Part shown: positions 25,757 to 37,112 of the stretch, in pieces | How the letters are laid out: each line of letters starts with the position of its first letter | Numbering within the stretch: the stretch's first letter is position 1 | IMG/VR virus record: IMGVR_UViG_2061766007_000586 | Span: 224,001 to 288,000 of that record | Source: a virus | Taxonomy: Duplodnaviria > Caudoviricetes | Direction: 5' to 3' (one strand) | Length of the DNA: 64,000 nucleotides | Notes under the pieces: model-generated | Database searches by the model: none | What the model was told of the DNA's origin: nothing | The model's input: only the letters and a program-made list of their open reading frames with translations | Translations under genes and position numbers: made by a program

Positions 25757-28700
25757 TCAATCTAAATAATCCCAACTGGTTTCACCCATGGAATCATAAT
25801 CATAATCCATTAAGTCGTCATCACCGCCGCCTGGATTTGGATCATCTCCTCCACCAGGATTCGGATCATCGCCACCACCCGGATTAGGATCGTCACCACC
25901 GCCTGGATTTGGATCATCAGGCTCAACTGGTTCAACATATTTACTTAATACCATAGTAACACCTACAATAGCAAGTTTATATTTAGTTCCAGATGTGTTT
26001 GTTGTAACGAAATAACCATCTTCTTTATACTCAGTAGAAATACCATTGATTTTAACAGTAGTCTTATCAAAGTTTTCAAATGCTTCCAAATTACTATTGC
26101 TAATAATCACCCAATCAGTTGAAAGATTGGTTGGTACATATTCTAAGACAAGACTATGATAAGTCCAGTCACAAGCAAAATTACCGTTTCTAATTTCAGA
26201 ACCATACGAGATCTTCCATGAATAAACATGAGTCAGATCTTCTGTAGCAGGCAGATTGAATTTAGAATTACTCGTAATTTCGATATTCTGGAAGAACTGA
26301 ATATTTCTTACTTCTAATGTACCGGTAAATGCACTGATCTGTAAACTACGAGTTCCAGAAACACCAGAAGATGTTTCATCTGGACCCATACCAGTAACCT
26401 GATATTGGTCTCCAGCAGATCCACCCATAAAGCCTTTACCTTGATCTGTATAAGCAGTCTGTTGGATTAATCCATTACCTGTAATAATTAATACAGTATT
26501 ACCTGTAACATCACCATGTCCATTTGCACCAAGTACAAGACCAGCTAGTTTAATTGTACCATTATTCGATACGTCTAAGGTAGCTTTAACATTACCAATC
26601 AAATGTGTTCTATTAGTTGCAGTATTAGCTGCAGCATAACCTGCACAAATAATTGGTTTATCAAATATACCACCAGTAATCGTTAACTCAATATTACCGT
26701 TTAACTGATGATTGATACTACTTGTACTACCTTCATAAGCTGGACCAATAATTGTTTCTTGATGATAACGACCATCTTTGATTGTTACAAAGATATTGCC
26801 ATAACGTATAATGGCAGAGACGGTAGAATAATCGGAACCGCATAAATGATCATTGAATGTACCTCCATATACGGTTAAATTAATATTGGAAGGACTACTA
26901 CTTGATCCTCTATCAGGAATAGCTTGTCCTTGTCCTGTATGAATTGTACCAGCAGCTGTAATACGACGGAAATTACCATCTTGAATTACAGAAGGAACAT
27001 TTTCAAAAACTACATCACTGGAATAATCACCATCTTGAATTATGATACGTTCAGGATTGACTGCTAATGCTGCAGGAACAGTTGCAAAGTAAGGACTGTT
27101 AGGAACAGCTGATTGATCATCACCGTTCAGTGAAACATAAACAGTTCTCCAGATATTATCAAGAAGACGATTTACAATAACATCGACCCCAACACCATAG
27201 ATGGTTTTGAATTCTGTTGCATATGGAGATTCTTTTAGTAAGAATTCTACAATAGCCGTGGGTGGCTGTAATGCATTTTCAGAACGAAGATCCAGATTAA
27301 TAGTTGTGTTAAATGCTCTTCTAGATGAATTGAAATATTCATCAATAGAAATAGGACCATATGTCACAACAGGAATTGTACTGATTTCATTCTGCTGTTC
27401 CATGAACTTAGCAGGATCTACAGCACGAATCTGGAAGTGTGTTGGTACAACTTGTGTTGTCTGTCCATAAGGAACAGGTGGACATGCGTTGTAATAATAA
27501 GTCTTTAAGAACCAAGCTTTTTCATCCGTCTCTGTACTATCAACCATAGTGTACAGTTTATAGTAATTCTTACTCTCTACATTTTCATATAGAGGTTCAT
27601 TACTTGGTGGAATACTTCCAGTATAAATATTGTAAACGTCGTTTTCTGAATCATACGTATAATACGTCTTAGAAGCATCAAGGACATCGTCGGTTGTTTG
27701 TATAAAGGATAGTTGAATTAGCTTGGGTCTAGGGATGTCTCCAAATCGTATCGTTTGTGAAGAATCATAGTCCCTGTAAGTATACCAGACACCGTTGTTG
27801 TCTGGACCAGAATAGAATCTGATTTTGTATCTATTTTCAAATACACCATCAGCTTGTTCATTCCAACACTGAAGAGAAATTGCTTGTTCAGAATTCAGAT
27901 TATTGACGTTAAATTGCGATACATTGTAATCGTAATATGAAATCTGAGGTTCTTCCATATTAGCAAAGTAAACAAGCGGAATAATCTGATAACCATAATC
28001 CGCACTCTTAAATGTAAAGATCGGAGAAATCTTAGCAATACCGGTAAGAGAGGAATCATAGATCTTGATATCAATCGTTTTAGTAATATAACGTTTGGTA
28101 GGACCAATGTCATAATTACGACCAGATGAATTATTCACTTGTTCAAATGCAGGAATAAAGTATTTGAAAGTGATAGGATAAACAGATCCAACAATATTGG
28201 TATCAACTTCATCCAAACCATAAGCAAAGAACTGTTCATGATCAAGTTGAAGTCTATTGATTTCACCATCTGCATAAGTGATCCAAGCATAGAAGATAAG
28301 TTCTTCTGGATTCTGACCACGAACCAGATAGCAAGTTCCGGTTGTTGTATCATACTGATTTGCTGTAATATCAAATTTGGTAATAGAACGATGTGTTGCG
28401 TTAAGTTCCGCAAGTTCCATCATTGGTTGTCCTTCAAGTACAACTTGAGCGATTGCTTTGTTGTTATTGAACGCAACAAATACATATCGATCACCTTGTG
28501 TAGGACAATCTGCTGTATAGAACACTTTCGGATAATACGCAGTTTTTATATTCGTTTCACCAATCTCATCTGTCATAGGAACTTGTAAATGTTCCAAAGG
28601 AATAAGAATAGATTCTACATAATTATTATCATCATCTTTGTAGAATTGACTAACCACAGGTGTTGCTGCTTCAATGGTATTCAGAGCAGCTGTTTTATAA

Positions 28701-29209
28701 ACAGCAAAGGAAGTAGCATCACTGCTGAAAATACTGATACGACTATCGACTGCTACTTCATAAAGAAGACGGAGTTCATAGTACTCAATACCATTCGCAA
28801 ATGATTCACCAGTATAGAGGATATAATTATCAGAAGAATCTTTAATGTAATAGCGTTTGGTTTTGTCTAAGGAATGATCTTTTGTTTTATAGTAGAACGG
28901 AGTAGGCTCGTCCTTATAAAACAGCATGTAACCTTCGTTACCATACGCTACTGTTGAACTAACACCATCTGTGGTATCAAGAATACTAGCATTGACAAGT
29001 GTTGAACGGTGAGTTACTGCATCAACACTATACACAACATAAATCGTGTTGTGATTCCCGACTGTGTCATCTACGACAAGACTACCAATAGCAGGGATTA
29101 CTTTGTTAATATTCTGCACAGACGATTTAACATCATCAGGATTGTAAATCTCAGATAAGAGATAGACGCCTGCACGTCTTTGTCCGAAGACAGCTACTTT
29201 ATTGTTCAT
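25757..29209 (-). CDS. virion structural protein (phiKZ gp26-like N-half) with beta-helix-like extension
   Basis: synteny with gp27/gp28/sheath; Gly/Thr-rich repeats in C-half. Confidence 0.6.
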   Translation of the reverse strand: MNNKVAVFGQRRAGVYLLSEIYNPDDVKSSVQNINKVIPAIGSLVVDDTVGNHNTIYVVYSVDAVTHRSTLVNASILDTTDGVSSTVAYGNEGYMLFYKDEPTPFYYKTKDHSLDKTKRYYIKDSSDNYILYTGESFANGIEYYELRLLYEVAVDSRISIFSSDATSFAVYKTAALNTIEAATPVVSQFYKDDDNNYVESILIPLEHLQVPMTDEIGETNIKTAYYPKVFYTADCPTQGDRYVFVAFNNNKAIAQVVLEGQPMMELAELNATHRSITKFDITANQYDTTTGTCYLVRGQNPEELIFYAWITYADGEINRLQLDHEQFFAYGLDEVDTNIVGSVYPITFKYFIPAFEQVNNSSGRNYDIGPTKRYITKTIDIKIYDSSLTGIAKISPIFTFKSADYGYQIIPLVYFANMEEPQISYYDYNVSQFNVNNLNSEQAISLQCWNEQADGVFENRYKIRFYSGPDNNGVWYTYRDYDSSQTIRFGDIPRPKLIQLSFIQTTDDVLDASKTYYTYDSENDVYNIYTGSIPPSNEPLYENVESKNYYKLYTMVDSTETDEKAWFLKTYYYNACPPVPYGQTTQVVPTHFQIRAVDPAKFMEQQNEISTIPVVTYGPISIDEYFNSSRRAFNTTINLDLRSENALQPPTAIVEFLLKESPYATEFKTIYGVGVDVIVNRLLDNIWRTVYVSLNGDDQSAVPNSPYFATVPAALAVNPERIIIQDGDYSSDVVFENVPSVIQDGNFRRITAAGTIHTGQGQAIPDRGSSSSPSNINLTVYGGTFNDHLCGSDYSTVSAIIRYGNIFVTIKDGRYHQETIIGPAYEGSTSSINHQLNGNIELTITGGIFDKPIICAGYAAANTATNRTHLIGNVKATLDVSNNGTIKLAGLVLGANGHGDVTGNTVLIITGNGLIQQTAYTDQGKGFMGGSAGDQYQVTGMGPDETSSGVSGTRSLQISAFTGTLEVRNIQFFQNIEITSNSKFNLPATEDLTHVYSWKISYGSEIRNGNFACDWTYHSLVLEYVPTNLSTDWVIISNSNLEAFENFDKTTVKINGISTEYKEDGYFVTTNTSGTKYKLAIVGVTMVLSKYVEPVEPDDPNPGGGDDPNPGGGDDPNPGGGDDPNPGGGDDDLMDYDYDSMGETSWDYLD
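25822..25920 (-). repeat. 24-bp tandem repeat encoding DDPNPGGG x4
   Basis: seen in DNA and protein. Confidence 0.9.
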
Positions 29210-32200
29210 GTAATGTTAACCCCATCTTGTACTAAATCCTTCTTAAGATAAAGTTTAGCTACTTTTTCTAAGAAGTTTATATCATTTACATCTGTCGTGT
29301 AAGAAAGACGTCTAGCCGGAAACTCTCCAGCAGTATACGTTTCGATATCAAATATTTTCATTTTGATATCTAGATCAGATCCATCAATTTTTTCCCACTT
29401 AAGATCCCAGATTGATTCTACACCAACAGGATCATAAGCTTGATATCTTGGTACATCGTCACTATCATACATGACCCACATCATATCGTGGTTTTCACCT
29501 GGATATCTATTATAATGTTTTATAACAGCACCAGTTGAATTTTGCCAGATACGTCTCATAATATCGTTGTATTGACCTTCTGTGTAAGGTAAATGCTGAT
29601 ATCTTTCTCCAGGCCGAATGAATGATAGATCAGGATTCATGCAAATGTAAACACCATTAATCGATTCAATATCAGATTTAGAAACACGGATGATAGGACA
29701 TTCATCTTTAACTACTAAATCTGGTTCATTGTTAATTAATCGATAAGTTGGTAATACATCTACAAAACGATAATCAAGTCCAGAAACAGGAGGTTTGATA
29801 AAAGTATCAGGATCAGTTACTTCAATATTCTTATCATCAAGACCAATGTCGTATAACTTCATTGATTCGTACTTTTGCAAAGCTAATTTGATTTCTTCAT
29901 CAGACCACTTTGTATTGTACGCAATCTTTTTACGTAAGACAAGTTCAATGATAGTTTGTAAGAAAGTAGAATAGATGTGATGAGACTTTTCTATGATTGC
30001 AGGAGCTTCTAAATCATATTCATTTTCTTCCATGTAGTGAACAACTGATTCTAATTCTTCTTTTTCTTCTTTCTGCATTACATAATACTTCTGGATAATT
30101 CTAGATAATTCTCTAGGAGCAAGTGCACGAAGTTTAACAGATGCACCTTTTCGAATTGTATTGTGTAGGTCTGTGCTGTAAGCACCAATTACTTGTGCTG
30201 CTTCATGATCGTACGCTTTACCATCAGTGAATAACATTCCACTATTTGGAAAGAGAGAATAATAGCTCTCAAACGTAGGACGACCTTCTGTAATAAATCC
30301 GTAAGTTCCAAGTGTTGGCTGTTCTACAACAGAATAAACTTCGAAAGTATTACCAGCAACATTTAAGTAATCATAGTTTTGTGAAATCACAAACTGACCA
30401 CAAATGCAACCTGTTTTTGTCTTGGCTTGATAGACACGATAATCTAATCCTTCTGTTAATTCTCTATGATTAAGATAAACAAGAAGTTGATTATCTGTAT
30501 TTAAATATGGAACACGAATACGTTCCGATGGTTCTGTTAAAATAATCTGACCATTTACTTCTCTGTAAGTTGTCCATTGTTTTGCATTTACTGTTAAAAG
30601 ATGTGAACAGAAAATATCATAGTTCATTTCTTTTAATTGTAATTCGACTCCATACAGTTTATTATAAGCATGAGCTGAAACAACTAAGAATTTACAATGC
30701 ATATCTGTATTTTTAATCAGATTAGTCAAAGTAATTTTTTTCAGATTTGTACCTTCAATATCTTCCGAAGATACCATCTTCATATATTCTCCAGCATGTA
30801 ACTCACACCAGGCTGTATTCAGTCTAAACCTATTAAAGATGTAATGATCAGGAAGTTTATTTCTATCATTGAACTCAGTAGTTCTGAAGATACGAATATC
30901 TTGATCAACACAGAATGTGATTGAATTATAGATCTCTAAATCATAAAGACCTGCACGATATTCAGTAGCATCAAAAAGCTCTACAGTGAAGTAAGGCTTT
31001 TTGTCATAGTGCTGAGCAATGAGATAATTCTCTAATGATACTGGTTGATTATTGGTGAAATCATCACTGATAATCAAAGTAGGATCTAATTTAATATGTA
31101 AGAATTGTTCTTGAACAAAACAACCAACATAATCAGGATCCAAAAGAATCCCGTTTAAATAAACATGTGCTGTAACATTCTTTCCTATATAGAGAGGAGA
31201 GAGTGGTACAAAGAACGAATGTAGAAGATCAGGAGTTGCTAAAACATGAAGAACACGTCTACTTGAAACATCAGCTACAGTGGCATAACCTAAGCAAGCT
31301 AACCAATCTTTCACGTTGTTTTTCTTTTCAGCATCCAAACAATCATCTACAATATTTCGATAAGGAGAAGTTTCTTCTAGTTCATTTGCAGACCAAAGAT
31401 TTAAACCATGTCCAAATAAATTAGAAGTGATTTTTTCATCACTTAATCTGTAAAGACAAGCAATAAATTTACTATCTCGATCTAAGATTAATCCTGCTTT
31501 TTTGTGATTACGAATAATAACTTGAATTGTTTTGATATCTTCTTCACATTTTTGACTATAAACAGTGACTAAAGATTCGTTAATACTAAAGTCATTATGA
31601 GTCAATGTGTGGAACTGATCATCTGTATTTGCTCGATTGACATAACGTCCTACAGTCGTATTATCTGTAGCCATAATAACGTCGCAAACTCTATGATTCA
31701 AGATATCATTATCAGGATTAATGTCTTTTGGTATATGGATCAAAATTCGTCTATCATTATTTTTATTACGGTATTCAACCTTAGAAGGATCAGAAATATT
31801 AAGATTATAGATTCCAACAATACTATCGTCTACAACAACTTCTGCATAATCATGTGGATTAATTGTGTCGATAGAACTTGTTGCAATTTCACCGTTGATG
31901 AAAATAAGTGATTGATCAATGTTGGTGTTTCTTAAAAATCTGTTTCTATCTACAGTTAAATCAGTTGAATAATGAGTAACACGGAAATTAGATTCTAAAT
32001 GATGATAATAAATATTCAGCCAAATATCTTCCGGAGCTTTCATAACTGTATTAAGTGGCTTATCGCACATCTTGTACATGACTTCTCTGGAGATAGCAAA
32101 AATAAAATTATCTTCACCTGGATTCTTGATTACGTAAACATATCCACGAGGGATACATTTACTAGTTGATCCAACTACAACACGAATATCCATTTTGTGT

Positions 32201-32514
32201 TGTGTACAGAATCCTTCTTTTCCATCACGATCTGCAAGACAAACCCATTTCTTTTGATCTGGGAGTTTTACATCCATTAATACCTTATTATCTACATAGT
32301 AAAGATACCATCTACCACTCATAGGTAAACGAAGTTCTTGTCCACGAACAAGTGTGATGTTTGTCTTTAATGAAGAGAAAACTGGTTTAAGATTGATATT
32401 GTGTCTGTATTCTGTATATGGTCTGCAACTGATATAATGAGAAATATAATCGAAGACGGAAGATTGAATTCCGTCTTCGACATCAAACTTCTCTAGAACA
32501 GAATTATTGTTCAT
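29206..32514 (-). CDS. virion structural/baseplate protein (phiKZ gp27-like)
   Basis: HNDFSI, YLNHRELTEGLDY motifs; synteny. Confidence 0.65.
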   Translation of the reverse strand: MNNNSVLEKFDVEDGIQSSVFDYISHYISCRPYTEYRHNINLKPVFSSLKTNITLVRGQELRLPMSGRWYLYYVDNKVLMDVKLPDQKKWVCLADRDGKEGFCTQHKMDIRVVVGSTSKCIPRGYVYVIKNPGEDNFIFAISREVMYKMCDKPLNTVMKAPEDIWLNIYYHHLESNFRVTHYSTDLTVDRNRFLRNTNIDQSLIFINGEIATSSIDTINPHDYAEVVVDDSIVGIYNLNISDPSKVEYRNKNNDRRILIHIPKDINPDNDILNHRVCDVIMATDNTTVGRYVNRANTDDQFHTLTHNDFSINESLVTVYSQKCEEDIKTIQVIIRNHKKAGLILDRDSKFIACLYRLSDEKITSNLFGHGLNLWSANELEETSPYRNIVDDCLDAEKKNNVKDWLACLGYATVADVSSRRVLHVLATPDLLHSFFVPLSPLYIGKNVTAHVYLNGILLDPDYVGCFVQEQFLHIKLDPTLIISDDFTNNQPVSLENYLIAQHYDKKPYFTVELFDATEYRAGLYDLEIYNSITFCVDQDIRIFRTTEFNDRNKLPDHYIFNRFRLNTAWCELHAGEYMKMVSSEDIEGTNLKKITLTNLIKNTDMHCKFLVVSAHAYNKLYGVELQLKEMNYDIFCSHLLTVNAKQWTTYREVNGQIILTEPSERIRVPYLNTDNQLLVYLNHRELTEGLDYRVYQAKTKTGCICGQFVISQNYDYLNVAGNTFEVYSVVEQPTLGTYGFITEGRPTFESYYSLFPNSGMLFTDGKAYDHEAAQVIGAYSTDLHNTIRKGASVKLRALAPRELSRIIQKYYVMQKEEKEELESVVHYMEENEYDLEAPAIIEKSHHIYSTFLQTIIELVLRKKIAYNTKWSDEEIKLALQKYESMKLYDIGLDDKNIEVTDPDTFIKPPVSGLDYRFVDVLPTYRLINNEPDLVVKDECPIIRVSKSDIESINGVYICMNPDLSFIRPGERYQHLPYTEGQYNDIMRRIWQNSTGAVIKHYNRYPGENHDMMWVMYDSDDVPRYQAYDPVGVESIWDLKWEKIDGSDLDIKMKIFDIETYTAGEFPARRLSYTTDVNDINFLEKVAKLYLKKDLVQDGVNIT

Positions 32515-33581
32515 CGATTCAGTGCTCCGATTAGATTTGGACTATCGGCTATATCGTCACAAAGTCCATCCAGTTTCTTTTTCAGTCCAAGTACTTTAAT
32601 GATACCAGATAGAATTGGATTTTTATAACCAGATGCGACACGTAAAAGTTGATATAAGAAATAAGGTGGATAGTACATCGAAATAATCATTGTACTACTA
32701 TCGATTGAAGAGCCGGCAATACTACGAAGAAGAATCTGTAGATTGTAAGCTTTCATTCTAGATGGACCAACTTTGCATACAGCTTTAATTAATCCGTCTA
32801 ATGTTAAATTACCATCTTTATCATAGAAGGGTTTAATTGCTTCTACGATTTGCATAATGTCTGTTCCTGATCCAAGGAACGGGCAACGTAACAGAAGAGG
32901 CGGAATATCCGCTTTTACATTTTGTGGACCAATCATTTGCGCATAGTAAATGGCAAAGATTGTCATGATGTTACGTCTTTCGATTGGATCAAGACGATAT
33001 GTGTTTGTCATAACTTGTGCCATGATAACAGAGAATAATTCAAGCAACAGAAGTTGCTGACGGATTGTAATCCAGTTCTCAGTATCTTTGTAAGCTTGAC
33101 ATAAGGCAGCACGTGTAACAAGATTTGCTAATTGCCCAAGATCCGTAAATAAAATTGAATCATTGTATGCATCTCTTGACTTTTTACTACCTATAATTGG
33201 TGTTATATTAATCCAGCATTTTTTAACCAGTGCCGGTACAATTATGTTGTCAATAGTAGAACCATCAATGCATAAGTCGTCAGAGGTCAATATATCTGGG
33301 ATCGAGACACCGTAATTAGACATTTCTGAATAGTCTAAAAACAAGAAATTATTCATTTTGCCGGATGCGGCAATGGAATGATAAATTCTACTTGTGGGTG
33401 TGCTTGAAAACAGACGCTGGGATTCAACTTCCTTCACTTTCTCCGACTGGAGAATAACTTGAGGATTTTGAATCATGAATTTGAGAGCCTCTTTTATATG
33501 AGGTGTAATATCACGAGCTCTCACATAAGGGGTTTCTAATAACGTTAGTCTCATTGTGCACCTTTCTATGAATGTGTTCAC
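32511..33581 (-). CDS. conserved jumbo-phage protein (phiKZ gp28-like)
   Basis: divergent from sheath; YYPPYF motif; true start possibly a downstream ATG (MRLTLLE). Confidence 0.6.
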   Translation of the reverse strand: MNTFIERCTMRLTLLETPYVRARDITPHIKEALKFMIQNPQVILQSEKVKEVESQRLFSSTPTSRIYHSIAASGKMNNFLFLDYSEMSNYGVSIPDILTSDDLCIDGSTIDNIIVPALVKKCWINITPIIGSKKSRDAYNDSILFTDLGQLANLVTRAALCQAYKDTENWITIRQQLLLLELFSVIMAQVMTNTYRLDPIERRNIMTIFAIYYAQMIGPQNVKADIPPLLLRCPFLGSGTDIMQIVEAIKPFYDKDGNLTLDGLIKAVCKVGPSRMKAYNLQILLRSIAGSSIDSSTMIISMYYPPYFLYQLLRVASGYKNPILSGIIKVLGLKKKLDGLCDDIADSPNLIGALNR

Positions 33582-33674
33582 AAAGACCTGTTGGTAGAGA
33601 CTCTACCGAAGGTATTCGTATGTCAATTTTGGCATAGGATAACTGAAAAATAACTCAAATTTTGAGGATTTATT

Positions 33675-36041
33675 ATGGCTGCAACAACAGTTAAACCTTA
33701 TCCTCATGTACAGATTAACGTGAAAGACAATAGTATCGCTACAATCAATTTTGTAGAGACACTTCCTGTCCATCGCGCTCTGTATGTGATGCGCACTCAG
33801 AAAGGTCCGCTTGGCGAACCGACTTGGTGCAATACGTATTCTGAGGCTGCTGCATTGTTTGGTGCTGAAACCTTCAATCCAGCAAACAAAGAATACTACA
33901 CGCGTGCATCTGCTTTCCTCAAAGAAACCATGACACGCAATGGCGCTTTCATTACCCGCTATCTTCCTGGTGAAGCGTATGATGCTGTTAAGAATCCTGG
34001 TGGTTATAAAGCTGCAACACTTGTTTACGAAGTTGTATTAACTCCTGGTCAAGTCAAGCAGTACAAGCATCTCACCGATGAGCAGGGTAATCCTCTGAAT
34101 TCCTATGAATTAGAATTTAATGATGATACACAGGAATGGCAGAAGAAAGAAAATGGTACCGTTGATGGTATCAAAGTAAGATATCAGACACGTGAAGCTA
34201 CTGCTGACGAACTTGAACAGCTGAAAGCTGGTGAAACGTTAAAGCCTCAGAAGAAAGGCCTTGGCGTTGTTTATCCTATCGCTGTCTTCCGCGCTGCATA
34301 TCCTGGTAACTACGGTAACGATATCGCCATCAAACTGTTCTATACAAGTAAGTCCAATAACGCTGGTGACACTGAAGTCTATGACACAGTGTTCTATCAG
34401 ATTGGTTTCGAAGATCGTGAATACAATAGCACGACTTGGAATGCTATCACTGACGTTTATGGACGCGACAACATGGCATTCTCGGCCAATCCGGATGCTA
34501 TTAATGTCGATTCTGGAAATCCGCTCAGTCTTGACTTTGTTCTTGACAAAGGTTTCTCTGATGCAACACATCAGCTTCCTGTTAACTTTGATATCTTTGA
34601 AAAGAATATCAATGAAGCAGGTCTGGTTATTGCTGCTTATGAAACTGACTATAAGAACAGTGAAGACGATATGTATGCTGGTAGCTTAAATAGCTTTGAT
34701 GATACCAGCAGTGAAATCGGATATCTGAAACAGACTGAAAAAGGTCTCATTAAGACTGCGTTTGAATCTTCTGGTATTCTTTCTGCTCAAAATTGGAAAG
34801 ATCTTGAAGATGCAGAAGAAAAAGATGAGATCAATGGTGTCACTTATAGTCCTGCTACTTATGGCTATCGTGTCAATATCCTTTCTCTTACCAACATGGG
34901 TGGAGAAAAGTATGACAGAGTTGAGATGGAAGATGTGGATGTTTCTGCTTCAAGTAATGGTGTCACCTATGTCATTCCTGGACAGAGCTATCGCATGCCT
35001 CTCACTGGTGGCTATGATGGTGAATTTGTTGATCCGGAAGGTCCTGTCAAGAGTGAACCTGGTACTGATAACGGATGGTCTTCAGATGACAAAGCTATGT
35101 ATCAGTTCTGCAAGCTGAAACTTTCCGGTGCTGGTGATAGAATTGTTGAATCTCTTCGTTATCCATTCACTCATATCTTCGACCTTGGTTTTAGTATCAA
35201 GACGAAGAAAGCTATGTGTGACTTCCTCGATATCAGAGATGATGTCGTTGTAATTCTGTCTTCAGTTGTGCTGTATTCTGATGGCTCTGGCTCCAGCTTA
35301 TCGTTCTTTAATGAACTTGATACCCCCGGTGATGCTCAGGCTAAAGATGAAGCAAATACTGAAACACTTCGTTCGTATGCACTGCTCATGCGTGAATCCG
35401 TTCTGTATGGTACCGATTGCATGCGCTGCTCTATCTACAACCATGCTGGTACTCTGGCAAATGGTTCCTTCAATGGTATCATGCCGTTTACGTACTGGGT
35501 TGCAGTTCAGTATGCTCAGTATGGTAATCTGACCTACATGAATCAGCAAGAGCCACGTGGTCTGCCGAATTCCTATAACCTGCTCTTCAAGAAATGGTCT
35601 TGGAATAACTATCGTGCAGATAGTCAGAGCCGTGTTTGGGATGCTGGTGCAAACTACGTCCAGTATGCTGACATGACGAGACTCTTCTATCCGTCGCTTC
35701 GTACGGTCTATCGTGCAGCTACATCTGTTCTCGTTGATGAATGGTTTGTGGCAGCTGTTGTCTATACGAAGTATGTCTGCCGTCGTGCTTGGGCTACGTT
35801 CTCAGGACGTAACGATTCTGCTGCTGTACTTCAGGGCGCTATCAAGACCTATCTTGATAAAGAACTGAAGGCTCTGTACAATGGTAAATACACATTCGAT
35901 GTCACTGTTTATCAGACTGCAGAAGAACAGCAGTTAGGTTATATCCAGCACGTAAAACTCAGTATCACTGCTCCTGCTACCATGCGTGTACTCGATGTGG
36001 ATATTGAAGTGAACCGTGAAAACTTCGTACCAGAGGAGTAA
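33675..36041 (+). CDS. tail sheath protein (phiKZ gp29-like)
   Basis: QKGP, FGAETF, GGYDG, DLGFS..TK, YPSLRTVY motifs. Confidence 0.9.
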   Translation: MAATTVKPYPHVQINVKDNSIATINFVETLPVHRALYVMRTQKGPLGEPTWCNTYSEAAALFGAETFNPANKEYYTRASAFLKETMTRNGAFITRYLPGEAYDAVKNPGGYKAATLVYEVVLTPGQVKQYKHLTDEQGNPLNSYELEFNDDTQEWQKKENGTVDGIKVRYQTREATADELEQLKAGETLKPQKKGLGVVYPIAVFRAAYPGNYGNDIAIKLFYTSKSNNAGDTEVYDTVFYQIGFEDREYNSTTWNAITDVYGRDNMAFSANPDAINVDSGNPLSLDFVLDKGFSDATHQLPVNFDIFEKNINEAGLVIAAYETDYKNSEDDMYAGSLNSFDDTSSEIGYLKQTEKGLIKTAFESSGILSAQNWKDLEDAEEKDEINGVTYSPATYGYRVNILSLTNMGGEKYDRVEMEDVDVSASSNGVTYVIPGQSYRMPLTGGYDGEFVDPEGPVKSEPGTDNGWSSDDKAMYQFCKLKLSGAGDRIVESLRYPFTHIFDLGFSIKTKKAMCDFLDIRDDVVVILSSVVLYSDGSGSSLSFFNELDTPGDAQAKDEANTETLRSYALLMRESVLYGTDCMRCSIYNHAGTLANGSFNGIMPFTYWVAVQYAQYGNLTYMNQQEPRGLPNSYNLLFKKWSWNNYRADSQSRVWDAGANYVQYADMTRLFYPSLRTVYRAATSVLVDEWFVAAVVYTKYVCRRAWATFSGRNDSAAVLQGAIKTYLDKELKALYNGKYTFDVTVYQTAEEQQLGYIQHVKLSITAPATMRVLDVDIEVNRENFVPEE

Positions 36042-36047
36042 TGAATT

Positions 36048-37040
36048 ATGTTACGTGATCTTGGAAAACCGAATATTGACGATAACAACAACATCGCTCG
36101 TTACATGGCTACGCCAGAAGATGCATGGGGTGTTGGTGTTCAACCGACTGACGGTAAAACTACTATTATCACAGAGGCTATTGGTAATGGTCAACTCGGC
36201 CTTGGCGTTAAAGCTCCGGCTCTTGACGTTGCTACACCTCTTGTGCTCCCGCCTGCGATTATCGTTGTGCTCCAGGTTCCTGCTATGTATACAGCAGATC
36301 CTGCTCGTCCATCCGCTATGGCATTTGCAATCAAAGACATGTTTGAATCTCATGCCAAGAACGTGACTGGTATCGACACGACATACACAATCGATCCTAT
36401 GGGCGATCTTACTCTTGCTGATGGTCAGAACTTCCAGGCTCCTGGTAAGACGAAACGTGCTGCAGTGAACCCTGCATTTACGTTTACTGAAATTACTGGT
36501 AACCTGTACTGGAACATCATCAAGAAATGGATCACAGACATGAACCATCCTGATACCTATGCCATTGGTGCAAACACCTATGTCAATGGTGGCTGGACTA
36601 TGTCTGCTTACTCCATGACGATTGCTGTTATTCAGCCCGATGTGACACAGCGTCCAGAACGTATTATCGATGCATCTATCATCTGCAATATGTTCCCGCA
36701 AGGCACTGAAGGTCTTGGTGTCGAACGTACGGTTTCTACTATGAAGCCTATGGAACGCAACTTCACCTTCACAGGTATTCAACAGCATAATGCCTATACC
36801 AAGCAGATTGGTAAACTCATTATGGAAAAACTGTCGATGCACCAGCTCGACTTCGACTGGGCTCCGCCTCAGAGAGATATCTGGACAGATTCTCTGTCCT
36901 TCGCTGGTCTTGAACTCGATGTTTCGGATCGTCATGACATTTACCCACGTGGTGAAGAAGATGCGAACCGTAACGTTGATCCTAATGCTGGCTATGCAGC
37001 ATATAAGGAAAGTGCCGGTAAAGCTGGTAATAAGCAGTAA
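36048..37040 (+). CDS. tail tube protein (phiKZ gp30-like)
   Basis: FESHAK.VTGID, QPD, NMFP, FTFTG; directly follows sheath. Confidence 0.85.
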   Translation: MLRDLGKPNIDDNNNIARYMATPEDAWGVGVQPTDGKTTIITEAIGNGQLGLGVKAPALDVATPLVLPPAIIVVLQVPAMYTADPARPSAMAFAIKDMFESHAKNVTGIDTTYTIDPMGDLTLADGQNFQAPGKTKRAAVNPAFTFTEITGNLYWNIIKKWITDMNHPDTYAIGANTYVNGGWTMSAYSMTIAVIQPDVTQRPERIIDASIICNMFPQGTEGLGVERTVSTMKPMERNFTFTGIQQHNAYTKQIGKLIMEKLSMHQLDFDWAPPQRDIWTDSLSFAGLELDVSDRHDIYPRGEEDANRNVDPNAGYAAYKESAGKAGNKQ

Positions 37041-37065
37041 TTCTGTTTTAAACCAAAAAAATAAA

Positions 37066-37099
37066 AACACCATGGGAGCTTTAAAGCTCCCATGGTGTT
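37066..37099. terminator. bidirectional palindromic terminator
   Basis: perfect 34-bp palindrome between convergent genes. Confidence 0.8.
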
Positions 37100-37112
37100 C
37101 TCTTTCTGTCGT

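Noticed and set aside
36051-37073. 340-aa antisense ORF over the tail tube gene
   Set aside because: Shadow of codon bias in a highly expressed gene; no SD or recognisable motifs
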